Notes: generated by a model from the sequence alone, not told the origin. Shown: positions 37,801 to 51,080, numbered from the stretch's first letter. The stretch: DNA of 64,000 nt from Antedon mediterranea (GCF_964355755.1 NC_092678.1:14906371-14970370), one strand, 5' to 3'. Numbers and translations are program-made.

Positions 37801-38223
37801 AGTGACCTACAGAACGCCGGAAGCACCATGGAATTATTCAATGTATTAAAGCGCTGTGGCCATCTTACAGTCACCAAGTTTAAAGTTCTTATCGACGCAA
37901 TTAATGTCACTGGTTCCAATGGTGTTCTTGAGGTCAACAAACTGCTAAAAGACACGTATGAAGAAGCCGACCACAATGTAAATTCTTTCTCTCCATATCG
38001 ACAAAAGCTGATCAAATTCGGTAAAGCACTTTCTGAAGAAAATATAACAACGCTTACTCACCTTAAAGGTTTTTCAAGGAAACAACGTAAGAACCAGTGG
38101 ACTATAATACTAGATCTCGAACGAAGACGTATCATTACAGAAGAAGGATTGCAATCGTTTATTGATGATTTAAAGGAGAATGGGATGAATGTTGCTGCTG
38201 AAAAGTTAGAAGATCCGATTTAG
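31886..38223 (+). CDS. Micro-exon linker plus terminal tandem death-effector-domain (DED-DED-like) exon; no first exon visible
   Basis: Phase 1-1 micro-exons 31886-31915 (VVVASSSNQ), 32105-32161 (NCDESECSPQSRQSHSSE) and 36756-36782 (VAASSSNL), each with a pyrimidine tract, AG acceptor and GTA donor. Phase-1 terminal exon at 37688-38223. Confidence 0.65.
33575..34230 (+). repeat. GC-rich ggacaactacccc minisatellite-bearing element
   Basis: Dozens of ~15-bp variants of ggacaactacccc. The head cgtatccggatattcaccccctggacatttacccc recurs at 35446, and an inverted partial copy lies at about 35310-35440. Confidence 0.8.
34301..34700. mobile_element. MITE with an internal ~21-bp tandem repeat
   Basis: TIR cgggtgtttcgaaactagagac / gtctctagtttcgaaacacccg, with ttttaa on both flanks. 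Internal repeats of ggtctcccttttcgtata. Confidence 0.85.
37688..38223 (+). CDS. Tandem DED-like exon (caspase-8/cFLIP prodomain-like)
   Basis: cag|AA, open 178 codons. Repeat 1: FQTMLLHVS...LDKLKLLC...MELFNVLKRCGHLT...VLIDAI. Repeat 2: FSPYRQKLIKFGKALSEENITTL...ILDLERRRII...FIDDLKENGM. The YR..L...L and LE....I patterns are DED-like. Stop TAG. Confidence 0.75.
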
Positions 38224-39249
38224 CAAAACAACGGGTATTACTGATGTCAATCTACAATTGAATTATCGGTGGTTAATTAAGATTAGACTCATACTAAAAC
38301 AAATCTGCTGCTTTTTTAAATCATTAAAAGTAGCAGTAAATATTAATTTAAACTTCCTACTGTTTAGTAAAAACATTACAGTGTATATTAATATCTAATT
38401 AGTAATAGTGAAACCCGATGTAGAGAAGTAGTGAACAACCCGCATTCATGGTGCAAATTATTTTTACATCAATGACGTAGATTTAGTATACTCAAATAAA
38501 TTGATAAAATAATACACTACAATGACACAGAAGGATATACATCAAAATAATTAGTATGTATTGTATAACGGACGTTGTACCATTTTCAGATGCATAAGCC
38601 AGTGCTACAGTATCGTATGTTATTTGGGACGGTAAACGAAAACAATGAGACGACAATGTATACAATCGATTAAACTGCGTATGCGTATTAAGCCCAGTGT
38701 ATTATGTTCCTTTTATTATCGGTACTGTATTTCGTAGATTTAACGTTCAAGCAGGCGGAGCTTGCACAGTATATATTATCATTTGTAAAACTTGTCAACA
38801 ATAAGTACGCGGCTAGCATACGTTGTTTTTTGGTTAGTTGTTGTGTAACTGTCCTATTGTATCATTAGTATGTGAATTCAGTTTGATTCGTATAGATTAA
38901 TTTTAAAAATAGTTGTTTTTAGTTTTTCCTTATTACCAAAGACGTATAGCTAACGGAGAATTTAATCAGTCACGCCCGCCAAGCCCGCGGAAAGATCCAT
39001 GAATGATGCTGTTTATAAATTGTTAGTGACTTTTGTTTTATTCGAGTATAGTTTTTTTCCGTTGAGTACTTAATTTACGCAGTATTTTCAGCTTTCAGAT
39101 TGTTTTTAACAAACAAAAAAATGCTTTCTTACCGTTTTCTATTCGAATGAGTTTCTGTTGAGCACAATCTGTTTACAATTTACCGTTCATTTTAGAAAGC
39201 ACTTTCAAAATATTTATGTTCACTTCAATAGTTCCTAATCGAATACGAC

Positions 39250-40795
39250 ACGTCACTATTGATGAAAGTAAAAAGGCCATTTCAATGATGAAAAAAAAAT
39301 AAAACACCAGGATCAGATGGTCTAAGTGTTGAATTTTATGTGTTCTTTTGGAATAATATTAAACATTTAATTTGCGATGCGTTAAATGAAAGTTATAACT
39401 CTCAGGAATTATCCTTTTCGCAAAAACGAGGTGTAACCACCCTTTTGTTCAAGGATGGAGAAAGAGAAAATTTGAATAATTGGCGTCCCATTACCCTCTT
39501 AAACACCGATTACAAAATTCTTGCACATGTATTAAGTAACAGACTTAAAATGGTTATTAAATCAATAGTAAGTTCAGACCAAAAAGGCTATATAAAAAGC
39601 CGTTTCGCTGGTGAAAACATTCGGTTAATAGAAGACCTGCTTTATTATACAGAATGTGTTGATATCGAAGGGGCAATAATTACCTTAGATTTTAAGAAGG
39701 CTTTTGATTCTATTAGAGATTTTATGTTCAATGTTCTAGAAAAGTTTAACTTTGGAATGTTCTTTTGTAACTGGGTAAAAGTATTATATAATAACGTTGA
39801 ATGTGTCACAGTTAACAATGGTTGGGTTTCAAACAATTTTAAAATGGAAAGAGATATTAGACAAGGTTGTCCTCTATCTGTTCTGTTATTCATTTTAGTG
39901 GTTGAAATAATGGCATCTAGAATAAGAAACAAAGATGACTATAAGGGTATTAAACTTCCAACAAATAATGAAAATAACATAGAAGCTAAAATAAGCCAAT
40001 TAGCCGATGATACTGTTTTGTATGTTGGTAATGACAAAAGTATTAAGTCAACAGTCAGTGTAATTGAACTTTTTTTTTGAATTATCTGGAATGACACTAA
40101 ATTTAAAAAAAAAAACAATATTTTTGGATTGGTAAATGGAAGAACAGAATAGATAGGCCTTTAGAATTAAATTTGGTAAAACACCCGATCAAAATGTTAG
40201 GCATATATGTAGGGTATAATACAGGAGAATGTACCAGAAAAAACTGGGATGTTAAAGTAATAGAGCTAGAAAAGACTTTAAAACAACGGAATGCTAGAAA
40301 TCTCTCAATTTTTGGTAGAATAATAATCTTGAAAAGTCTTGCACTATCTAAATTAACATATGCTGCAAATATTACTGATGTTCCAAATATGTATATACAC
40401 AATTTACAAATCTGATATATAATTTTATTTGGAACAATAAAAGGGAAAAGATAAAAAGAAAAACTCTAATTGGTGAAAATGAGATGGGAGGCATTAAAAT
40501 CCCTGATTTTACTCTTCATGTTAAATGCACTCATGTGTGGCTGGTTAAAAAGAATTATGAAGGATGATGGTGCTAAATGGAAAAAATATTCCAATGTATT
40601 ATATTAAAAAAATATGTGATGTTAATGTTTTACTTAATATGTCATGTTATAGCATTATTGATGTTAATTCTTATAAAATTCCACTGTTTTACAAAAATAT
40701 GATAAAAGCCTACATACATTATAACAGAATCTCTAAAAATAACCTGAAACTTATAACGATATAATGAATGAGCAATTGTGGGGAAACCACTATAT
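39250..40795 (+). mobile_element. Degenerate Tx1/L1-clade LINE RT fragment
   Basis: NWRPITLLNTDYK, DFKKAFD, IRQGCPLS, QLADD with several frameshifts. Related to, but diverged from, 15029-17649. Truncated at 40795. Confidence 0.88.
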
Positions 40796-43700
40796 CACTG
40801 TAAATTTTTTTTTTAAAATAAATACATATTACAAACCAAATTTTATTGTTACACGTAATAGATTTGTACTTTTTGTCTGTCTGTTGTATAAAAACTAAAC
40901 GAATTCTAGTTTTCTTTAAATTAATGTATAAATTTAATGAAATGTACTTAAATTTGATTATGAATTGCAAAAAAAATATTATTGATTTAAAAAAAAAAAA
41001 CAACAGTGGCCTGCATCGTCAAAGATCAAAGTCCAGGAGCCTATCCTGGCAAGTCCAGCTCATTTTCCTGTTGATGAACATGCCTGTCAAAATTATAAAA
41101 ATATATTATAAATAAAATTAAATATTAATTATTCCACAACATATATTACAGATCAATCAGGTGATACGACTGTAATGAAATGTTAGCTTCAATTCAAGGT
41201 TAATTATAATTATTTAAACTGTATAATAATATAATCATAAGCGTATTGTTGTCCGAGCAAATCAAAAGTGCTTAATACAATAAAGCACAGGTAACTCACA
41301 CCCAGGTCTTGCAGTGTTGTAACAATAACATGAACAACTTTAGTTGCTTTAAAGCTATATAATACACACAATACTTTTATAGCCAGGGTTATTACACATT
41401 TCTTGGTAGTTATATTAACTGCAAATGATCTACAATTTACAAAGCAATTTAAAAAATATGTATTGTATTTTATAAATATGTACTGTATTTTATCATATCC
41501 TAATATTACTTGTATTGTAGTTTTTAAATTGAAGGGGTGTTATATTTTGACTAAATATATATTACCATTTTACACCCAAAAATAAATGTCCCTCCTTCCC
41601 TTCTGAACATTTCTTTGAATAAATACGGTTTCTATGTATGCAAACACTGATAAATGTACCTTTGCTATTTCTAGGGGTTCTACAAACAATCGATTTTAAT
41701 TAATTAAATGAAAGTGTAAATTACCCAAATTAAGTCATTTTAAATCTCAAAATAAATCATGATTAAATTCAAAATAAATATTTAAACCACCTACTGTTTA
41801 TGTAGTCCATTCCAGGTTACTCATTTTGTTGATTATGTGAGAACCTTAGGATGTATTGAATAATTCTTCTTATTTTTTCTGACTGCTGATTTTGACCATT
41901 TGTCAGGATTCATTAGTATAAAGCATCTGAAAGAACCAAAATAATGTAGTTTATCATAAATTTGATACTGGAAAATAATAAGCAAATTGCCTTTTATTAG
42001 GAAAAACAATTAAAGCATTCTAATATTTATAGTTGTGAACTGTTAAAAAGCTTGCTTTTATAGTCACTTTCAAATGAAAGACACATTATCACCAATTGTT
42101 TTATATATTACATTTTGTCTAACAATAATTAAAAACACTATCGTAGATGTTCAAATTCAAGCCAGTAGCAGCATAAAAGCCAGTGAAACTATACAATAAG
42201 TATGCAAAACATACCTTTGAAAAAAATCCATCGTAGCTGCAACATCAGCATTATACTGGATTCCAAAACAGTAGTATGCAGCGAACAGCATTTCTAATCC
42301 AGACACACACACGTAACAATGTTATTATTTACAACATGGCCATCAACAGCCAGCATCCACCTTGATGTTGTTAAAATTTCCCCTGTAAATTAAGAAAATC
42401 CTAATAATTTTTTACAACATAACAAGCGCACTTTTATTTGATACAAGAAGAAGAAGAAGCCTAAAAAAACAGAACCTTATTCTCAAGATGTTTCAATGCC
42501 AAAATAAACAATTCAAGGACTGGCTTTCTTTCTCCTTTTCATTGAAAGTTTGCAGCACTTTAACATACTCTACTACACTACTGGATGGGCACAGTCTGGA
42601 CTAGTGAATCCTAGCTAGGCTAGTAGGCACTAACCAACCAAGGGCGGGAGGGGTTGGGGGGCGGGTGGCAATTTTTTTTTCGTACATAAGTTGGGGACCC
42701 CCTCATGAAACGTCACAAAATAAACATGAATAATTCATCAGTTAAATTTTCTTGTTCCGTGTGCACCTATGCGTATAGCAACAAGAAGTGATTACACAAG
42801 TGCGGTACTTGTCTAGGCCTATCTCCGCTGTTGTTGCGGCGTGCGATTTCATAGAAGAATAGCGGCGTTTTGTGTGGATTGTCGAAATAATCAGCCTTTG
42901 TTTATGGTGTTTTTAATATAATTTATTACTAAAGAATTACGTGTTAAAATTATAGTTTCTATGAATAATATAGGCCTAATTATTAGTCTCTAAACCCATG
43001 TCTATTCTAGTAGTAGCTGTGTGGGTACGGTGTGTGTGTGTGTGACGTGTGTGTGTTAGGTATGACACAATCCGAGTAATAAGTCAGCAAAATTAAACAT
43101 TAAACATTACACAAAAATACATTTTTTATTCTCGTGGGTCTAATCTTCCCATCTCATGTGTTCATATACGCGCATGTTTAAAGTTCCTTTGAGTTCATGC
43201 ATATTGTTTGATAATAAAATAGCAGAATTAAAAAATACAGTACACAAATTATACACATTCTTTATTCTTGTGGGTCTAAGCTTTCTTTGGGCTATGTCCA
43301 ATGAATTACTACTTAGTTTAATGTCTTGCCTAGCTGTCGATTAGCCTCGACTCGACACATATTGTGTGAAGAATAGTGCGCGAAGGCAATCACGTGAATT
43401 GACCTAGAATCCTAGGCCTACTGTAGAAAGAATCGTATCGCAGTTGTTCGTGTAATCACTTCTTGTTGCTATACGCTTGGGTGCACACGGAACAAAAAAT
43501 TTAACTGATGAATTATTCATGTTTATTTTAGTGACGTTTCATGAGGGGTCCCCAACTTATGTACGAAAAAAAAAATCGCGGGCGGGTGGCCGGTCCCAAT
43601 TGCATTTTTTAAAGTTGTATGTAGACCTATAGGCCTAGCTAGGCCCTATAGTAGTTAATAGGCATATTATTGTTATTTAATAATAACTATAAATAATGAA

Positions 43701-44376
43701 AATTCCTGCTCTAGGCCTACTTGTATACAATTTATGGTGGACTAATATTAATAATATTTAATATAATATAAATAGAAAGTACGTTTTATTTACTTTAATA
43801 TTTATTGAATAATGTTAATTCCTGAAAGTATACGTATTTAACATGGTGGCCTAGGTGTACTACTACTACTACGGCTCCCTTTCACTTTCATCAGACCTAG
43901 CTAGGCCTACTACTAGCCTAGCATTTGTATTTTGTACTGTACGGCTTACCTCCTGACTGCTGAGTCCTGGCCTAGGTTTGTTAGGCAGGCCTGTAATGTA
44001 CAGCAGTAGGCTATGTCAGGCCAGAGTCTGAGATTAAGTCAAGCCTAGCCTGGCTCTCTTTAACAGTGTTAACATAATATACATTTACTACCTAGTATCT
44101 TATCTTTACCTAAAATTAATAAAACAGACCACCTAACATAACTCTTAGTCTTAACTCGATCTTCTCAGTAAAAATTAAAATGGCTGACCCGCGGATAAAT
44201 TTCAAATCTGAACACAGACGACGCATGCTCAGATTAATTTAATTACAGCGCCACCAACGAATTGGTACAAAAATTATTACTTACAGTAAATAGTTGTAAA
44301 AAGGCGGAAATAAACAGTAAACGACTGTAATAAGTAAAAACGGTCAATTGTAAATTTAACAGTTTTTTTTACAGTG
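40796..44376 (-). mobile_element. EnSpm/CACTA-like element remnant
   Basis: Ends cactgtaaa (40796) and tttacagtg (44376). Minus-strand exon remnants WMLAVDGHVV...LFAAYYCFGIQYNADVAATMDFFQR (about 42214-42383) and CFILMNPDKWSKS...HPKVLT (about 41840-41927) resemble accessory proteins of animal EnSpm-like elements. No matching TSD. Confidence 0.55.
42668..43579. mobile_element. Non-autonomous MULE-like element
   Basis: About 130-bp TIRs (gcaatttttttttcgtacataagttggggaccc... / ...gggtccccaacttatgtacgaaaaaaaaaatcgc). 9-bp TSD gggcgggtg at 42659-42667 and 43580-43588. Confidence 0.85.
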
Positions 44377-44844
44377 AAGGTAATGTACTGTATGTTAATT
44401 ATTATTAACATGATGCAACTGCTCTTGGTATAAATAATACATTTTAGCTACTTTCGATTAATTTGATTTAAAAATATTTATTTTTTTTAAATATAACATG
44501 GTTTTTTTTAGGAAAGAAGCAATGCTCTACATGTATATCTAAGTGGTAGATATGTTAAACCTACGTTAGAAATAGTGACTAATCTCATTATGCTTGGTGT
44601 ATCTCCAACATTACAAAATAAGGTAAAGTACATAAGAGTGGGCATATATTCCCGTGATCTAGAATTGTGTAATTATCGGGTGGCACTCAAACACACCTCA
44701 GATCACGAGTGTGGTGTTCATAACTCTATATATCTACATCAGACTGGTTACGACAATCATATACAGTTGGACACCTCTAGCGTTCGTGGTACCGAGATCA
44801 AATCTGTTAATGTGAAACGAAATAATATTATCTGCATCGTTTTC

Positions 44845-45820
44845 ATATTGATATAATTCGGTCTACGTTCACATCATATTCACAGGCAAAACCTTTTATT
44901 TCAATTTCTTTTTGTATTATTTATCACGACCTAACTATACTTAGTTGCTCCAATAACCTGTATGTATAAACTTTTCTGATTATAATTTTTTTTATAGGAC
45001 GGAAACACCCCACTGCATGAGTCATTTGAATGATAGTTGTTTAGCGATTTGTTTCCTCAAATCATTATAATCAAAATTCTAGCAAATTGTCTACGTCACC
45101 CATGTACCATGCATGTACACTATACTAGTACAAAAATGCCTTTCATTAAATGTTACTTTAAACTTAATTGCAAATACAGTTACAAACAAAATCATTTTAT
45201 TAACATTAATTATAAATACTATAACTTTATTGCGTGAATTAGTTACCTTTGAAGAGATGTAATTTATTATTGCCTGAGTTATTACCAGATTTAGGGAACA
45301 GTTATTTTGTATGGAAGGATGGCTGCACTCAATTTTAAGTTTTTCAAACGTATTTACAGATTGTTCACTACGTTTAAATTTAATATAGTAATTAAATAGT
45401 ATATAGTGTAAGGTAAGGACTTATCATATTTTTATTACGTCTTACTAAGGCAAAAAAGGCGTAAAATAAGTTTGGTCACGTGATTGATGTAAATACGTCA
45501 CCCGCGGAGCTACAAATTGGAAGGCCAAGGATGGTCATTCTATATTAAATTTACGGCGAAATTATGTTTATTTATCTGTTTTTTTACCCCATTTCAAAAT
45601 GTAATGTTTTGGTGTGATGTCACTTACAACAATGGCATCAAGATATTCAATAAGGACACGAATGAATTATGACTGGCTGGAAGAACACGCCGCGGAATTG
45701 TCAAACGTTTCTATTCCAGTACGAATACTAGTTTTAATTACAACTATCTCATATTATTGCATCTTCCATAACACTCAATACTAATAGATTCCCATAATAT
45801 TCATGGTATGATATGATATG
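44845..45820 (+). repeat. Segmental duplicate (partner at about 57270-58250) carrying a truncated ankyrin exon
   Basis: Both copies contain ag|gacggaaacacccc..gcatga..gtcatttgaatgatagttgtttagcgatttg and ggaagaacacgccgcggaa..caaacgtttctattccagtacgaatac. Confidence 0.8.
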
Positions 45821-46236
45821 TATGCATAAACTACACGATTATGATTTCTTTTATGATTCTGTTAAATTAAAATATAAGAGACAATTGATATAATTCGGTC
45901 TACTTTCACAAGATATGCACAAGAAAAACGTTTTATTTCAATTTCTTTGTGTGTATTGTTTATCATTATCTAACTATAATTATTTGCTGCAATACACGGT
46001 TTGTATAAACTTCATGATTATAATTTCTTTAAAGGACGGAAACACCCCGCTGCATGAATACCTGCGTTCAAATGAACCTACCTTAGAAGTAGTTAACTAT
46101 CTCACGAAGCAAGGTGCATCCGTAACAGCACTAAATAAGGTAATATAATGGCTACAGATAAATTATATGATTACACCTAAAGTGCGAATGATCTGCGCCG
46201 CAAACGTATCTTATCCATTATATTTTTTTATCATAT

Positions 46237-47445
46237 TGTTACGGGCTCGCTCGTTAGGCTGAAACCAACAATAAGAACATAACAAAACACGTTGTAGTTG
46301 TCGTCCATCTTTATTCATCTCCTCTCTTTTACTCTAGAAAGCTCACTTCCGTGTGACAAACCCATCACACACCCCTACTTAAAGAAAGTTTGATATGATT
46401 AAACTTATAACTGTTTACTATAACATCTTAAATCTTTTCGTACACAGTAGTTATTTTAACAGGTTGTTGATATGAATTTACTTCAACTGCTTCTTTAAAA
46501 TTTCACAAGTTCTAATGACTTTACTTTAAATCCGTGTATGCCATTAATGATCACTCTATCACAACTAACATATTATAATTAACTAAACACTTTAACAATT
46601 AACAAAACTTTTAAAATCATTTCATGCATGTTTTATCTAAACTCTTGACAAAGCGTCATCTACAACATTGTCTTTTCCTCTGATATGATGAATTTCCTGA
46701 TTCATTTCTTGAACTGCTAAACTACATCTCAACAGGCGTTGATTCTTGTCCTTCATTCTTGCCAAGAACGTTAATGGGTTGTGGTCAGTCCAAACTACAA
46801 TTGGAAACGGAGTAGATCCAAGATACACTTCAAAGTGCTTTAACGCTGACATCAAAGCTAATGTCTCCTTCTCAACAGTAGAATAACGTTTCTAATGCTG
46901 GTTGAATTTTCTCGAGTAGAAACACACAGGCTTGTCAACACCATTCTCGTCTGTTTGCGCCAACACAGCACCAGAACAAACATCACTGGCATCGATCATT
47001 AACGAGAACTGTTTATCAAATCGTGGAGCCATCAACACCGTTTCGTTTGATAACATCGCTTTAACTTTAATGAACGCATTATTGCATTCCTCCAACCACA
47101 CAAAACTCGCATTCTTTTTCAGCAGATTCGTTAATGGAGCTACAAGCGTTGAGAAACTTCTGCAAAAACGTCGATAAAACCCAGCCATTCCCAGGAACCG
47201 CATTAACTCCTGCTTACTCTTTGGAACTGGGAAATCACAGACTGCCTTAATCTTAGCACTTAATGGTTTTACTTTTCCGCAACCAACTTTATGACCTCAG
47301 AACACAATTTCTGCACATGAAAACTCGCTTTTCACAAAATTTACTGTCAACTTTGCAGCTGTCAACCTGTCAAACAATGCCTTAATTCTCTGCACATGGA
47401 CATCCCATGTGTCACTATAAACAACCAAATCGTCTATATAAGCTT
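46237..47445 (-). mobile_element. Gmr1-like Gypsy LTR retrotransposon 3' fragment (RT-RNase H, PPT, short 3' LTR)
   Basis: AYIDD, FLGMAGFYRRF, IDASD, VWTDHNPL, DNVVDDALSRV* with no integrase downstream. Purine-rich tract aagtaggggtg precedes an LTR TGT...ACA (46369 to 46237). Flanked by atat. Confidence 0.82.
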
Positions 47446-48985
47446 CACAGCTGTTTCAACTAGTGTTAAGATATCATAAAAAGTCAAGCGCCCTCAGTGT
47501 TAGCAGACGACGCTCCCCCCGAGTCGCGCGGACATATAATTTTTGTTTACAAACCATTATTCCGCAAACGCCAAATTAAATTTCGCTATCGTGAGTTTTT
47601 ATGTAGTAAAAACATTTTATACAAAACTAAACGATTAAAAAAAGTGTATGTTCAATTAAAAAATAAATATTTCTTTACTATAAATTAATAAATAAACGAC
47701 GATATTGTCCATTTTACTGAAATACTCTCCCGCACATAAACCAGGAAGATGAGATAAACTGTGTAATGAAATAGTAAACAATCGTAAGTAGAAAATATCA
47801 TTGTATTCTTTACTTTTTTTTTTGATATAATTCATTTTTTTAGAAAAAGAACGAACTAGAATATATTATAGACTATATTATATAAACAAAATAATACTAG
47901 TTTTGTTAATATAGCCTGGTTCAGTTTTTAGTAAAACTCGCATATTTTGCAACCCTTTTATACATTGTTATTGTTATTGGCGAGAAAACGGTTTGGCGAT
48001 AGGCTTAGAAAGTGCGTTGACGCCCGCGATGACCGTGACAGTAATGTGGGCCTAGAATAAAGTTAGGCCGAAACATAGAAAATTCGTAATAGTTAAACCT
48101 TTAATTACCCTAATCCTAAATGTAAACATTATAACCAAATAATTAATGGCATGTGTTTATAATAATAATTATTGCTTTACTGGTGCATTTTTAGGCTAGC
48201 TGGTGTGACTGAGTGACAGTAACAGCCTAGGCTAGGCCTTAATATTAATACATTTTTACAGCATAATAATGGTTTAATATTTTGGCTATTAGCTCTCTTG
48301 TTTGGATTTGTTTGGACACAAAACTGAAGTACTGTAGATTTAAAAATTGATTTATTTTTAAAGGAAAGTACAGTTGCATCTATTGTTTTTGTAATCAAGA
48401 TGACATCAGAACCAACAATGTTCCTCAAGCCTGTAGATATCTCAAGGCCTACAAGTCTTTTGTAGACCATGGCAGTGAAAAAAAAGAAGCAAAACAATAT
48501 CGCACAGCGTTGTTAGGCCATACCTGATAGACATTGAATTAAACAGGGTAGGTAAATAATCATAACCACCTCTTTAGAAAGTTTAATACACACTCCAAAC
48601 AATGAAATGTGTGTTTGTATTTCATATTAAAGAACAATGTTAGTATAAAATAACTGTCGAAACAACAATTGTTACAGTAATTTATAAATATACCTCTTTT
48701 CTTTATTAAATATTTCCTCAATCATCTATTTTTCCAGGTGTCAATATGTTATAATATTCAACATGCGACAGGATGCTGACATCTTGACTGGTAAATTCAA
48801 ATGTTGTTTCAACTTTACATTGACATTACATAATAACTCAATTGGTCAAGTTGCTCTTTAAATATACATTGTCCCTTTGAGCATAGAATTTCAAAATTGT
48901 TTATCCTATTTTTATGCATAATAAAGCAAACCTTTGGCTGGAACTTATTTTCCTATGAATTATCCATATATTATCATTATATTGA
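47446..48985 (+). mobile_element. Truncated Chapaev-like transposon 5' arm inserted in the Gypsy RT
   Basis: Starts cacagctgtttcaac. Near-identical inverted copy of about 54150-55674. Broken by a LINE fragment near 48985. Confidence 0.8.
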
Positions 48986-49965
48986 CATAGCACGCAGCAG
49001 ACCCCCTATCGCCTTAAACAAATTACCATCATTTCTACATGTACAACAGCCGCCTTGTGTGTCGGAGTGGGAGATGTATCTAGAACTTAAGAAAGTGAAG
49101 GTTGGAAAATCTCCCGGACCCGACAAAATTCCAAATAAAATCTTGAAGGAATTTGCATGTGAGATTAGCCAACCAATAACGCATATTTTCAACACATCCT
49201 TAAGCAAAGGCATTGTCCCCGGCTTGTGGAAGGATGCCGTAGTTGCCCCAATCGCAAAGGAGAAGAACAAAAGTATTGTGAATGTAAATAAATTGCGCCC
49301 CATATCTCTAACTTGCACTCTTGCTAAGATAGCAGAGGGATTCGTATCCCGCTGGTTAATTTCGGACATTCATAAGAATATTGACTAGCGACAATTTGGT
49401 AGCCAAAAAGGTTGCTCTACCAGCTATTATTTAATTGATTTATTAAATGTATTTTTTTCTGGTAGTAATACACCTAAGGCCTTGGGGAGGTTGGTTTTGA
49501 CCGACTTCTCCAAGGCCTTTGACAGTGTGGACCACACTATTGCTGTGAGCAAGCTAGTTAAATTAGGATGTAGACCAGAAATAATACCTTGGATCATAAG
49601 TTTTGTTTCAGAACGTACACAAAAAGTGAGGTATAAACTCTGTCTTGTCTAATAGTGTTCAATTAAACTGTGGTGTTTCCAAATGAACCCGACTAGGACC
49701 CATCATTTTCCTTGCAATAATAAATGATGCACTGTTGAATAGTGATCTAAAAGTATGTAAATACGTTGATGATTTATGTATCGGTGAAGTGGTTAAAAGA
49801 AACAATTCTTCCAATATCCAACAAACAGTTAAGGATTTTTGTATATGGTCAAATGAAAATAAACTCAATCTTAATGTTGATCAATGTAAAATGATGTACT
49901 TTTCGTTTCAAAAAGTACTTCCAGTCATTGATCCCATTGTAATTGACGACCGACAACTAGAATGT
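48985..49965 (+). mobile_element. CR1/L2-group LINE RT fragment
   Basis: KSPGPDKIPNKILKEFA, LRPISLT, DFSKAFDSVDH, KYVDD, with stops. Same group as 22600-24352. Confidence 0.8.
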
Positions 49966-50559
49966 CTTGCTGCTAGTTGTTTTGCAAGCATTGTGTTTGG
50001 CGCATTTGCATATAGGTGATGTTTTGGTTAACTACCTGGTTTTTCTGTCTGCGCGTCAGAAAAGCTTTTGTTGCAAACACAGGAAGACGTGATTTTTGTT
50101 ACCGTGTTGTATATATATATTATTAAGCCGTTGTTGAAGTTACCATTAGAAATGGTTGATTGCTGTACGATCTTTCGTTCTTAGTTAGTAAATACATCAT
50201 TCAAGTTGATTCAGGGTTTTTCCTTTCTTCGTTCTCTTTATTTTCTGAGTGACGTTGAGTTGTACACAATAAATGGTCTGGTAACGGCAATCAACAACTT
50301 GTTGTCTTTCTGTTGGTCTTGATATTGCATTCATTTGAGCCAAGCCTCGCACGCTTGATACCCGGGGAGAAAACTTCCAAATCAATCCGGGCATGGTCTC
50401 ACACGTACCACGACAATATCATATCAGAGGTCAATGTGCTATAGATGGTTTTAATTCTTCCTTTTGTTGACATTTCTTGGTGTGTATCGTGATATTTTTT
50501 CTCTTGCATCTATTATTTTTACATTATTTTCAAACTGTATAGTTACACAATCAAGTTCC

Positions 50560-51080
50560 CTTGCCATTGTTTGCATTTGATTGTTTTCACTGCCATTTGC
50601 CTTTCGTTTAATCCATTTTCACATGCAATTCTTCCAGATCCTGTATGTATATTACAAGCTCTGCATAGACATCGTGTCAAAGGGATTATTTTTTAACACA
50701 ATTTTCAAAAACAGTAAATATAAATATGTATGTTCTGAACATTTTGACACCAATATCAAGGTTCTATGATTTTTAGTTACGTAGATATGAACATTTGTTT
50801 ATGCCATATATGGGTCAAAGGTCACAAAATGGAATTTCCGGTCATGTTTCAACAAAATGTTTAAAAATGGTAAATATAAATATGTATGTTTTGAACATTT
50901 TGACACCAATATCAAGACTCTGTTATTTGCAGTTACGTAGATATATAAACATCATGTCATATATGTCAAAGGTCACAAAATGGAGTTTCCGGTAATGTTT
51001 CAACAAAATGTTCAAAAAGTGTAAATATAAACATATATATTTTGAACAATTTGACACCAAATACAGCTGTCTACTACAAG
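50560..51080 (+). repeat. Degenerate ~170-bp tandem repeat of the aaaggtca family
   Basis: Recurring gtaaatataaa..tgaacattttgacaccaa and caaaggtcacaaaatgga.tttccggt.atgtttcaacaaaatg. Confidence 0.65.

Noticed and set aside
48177-48497. 106-aa ORF and its mirror at 54610-54975
   Set aside because: Antisense to the Chapaev transposase remnant; duplicated only because the element is duplicated.
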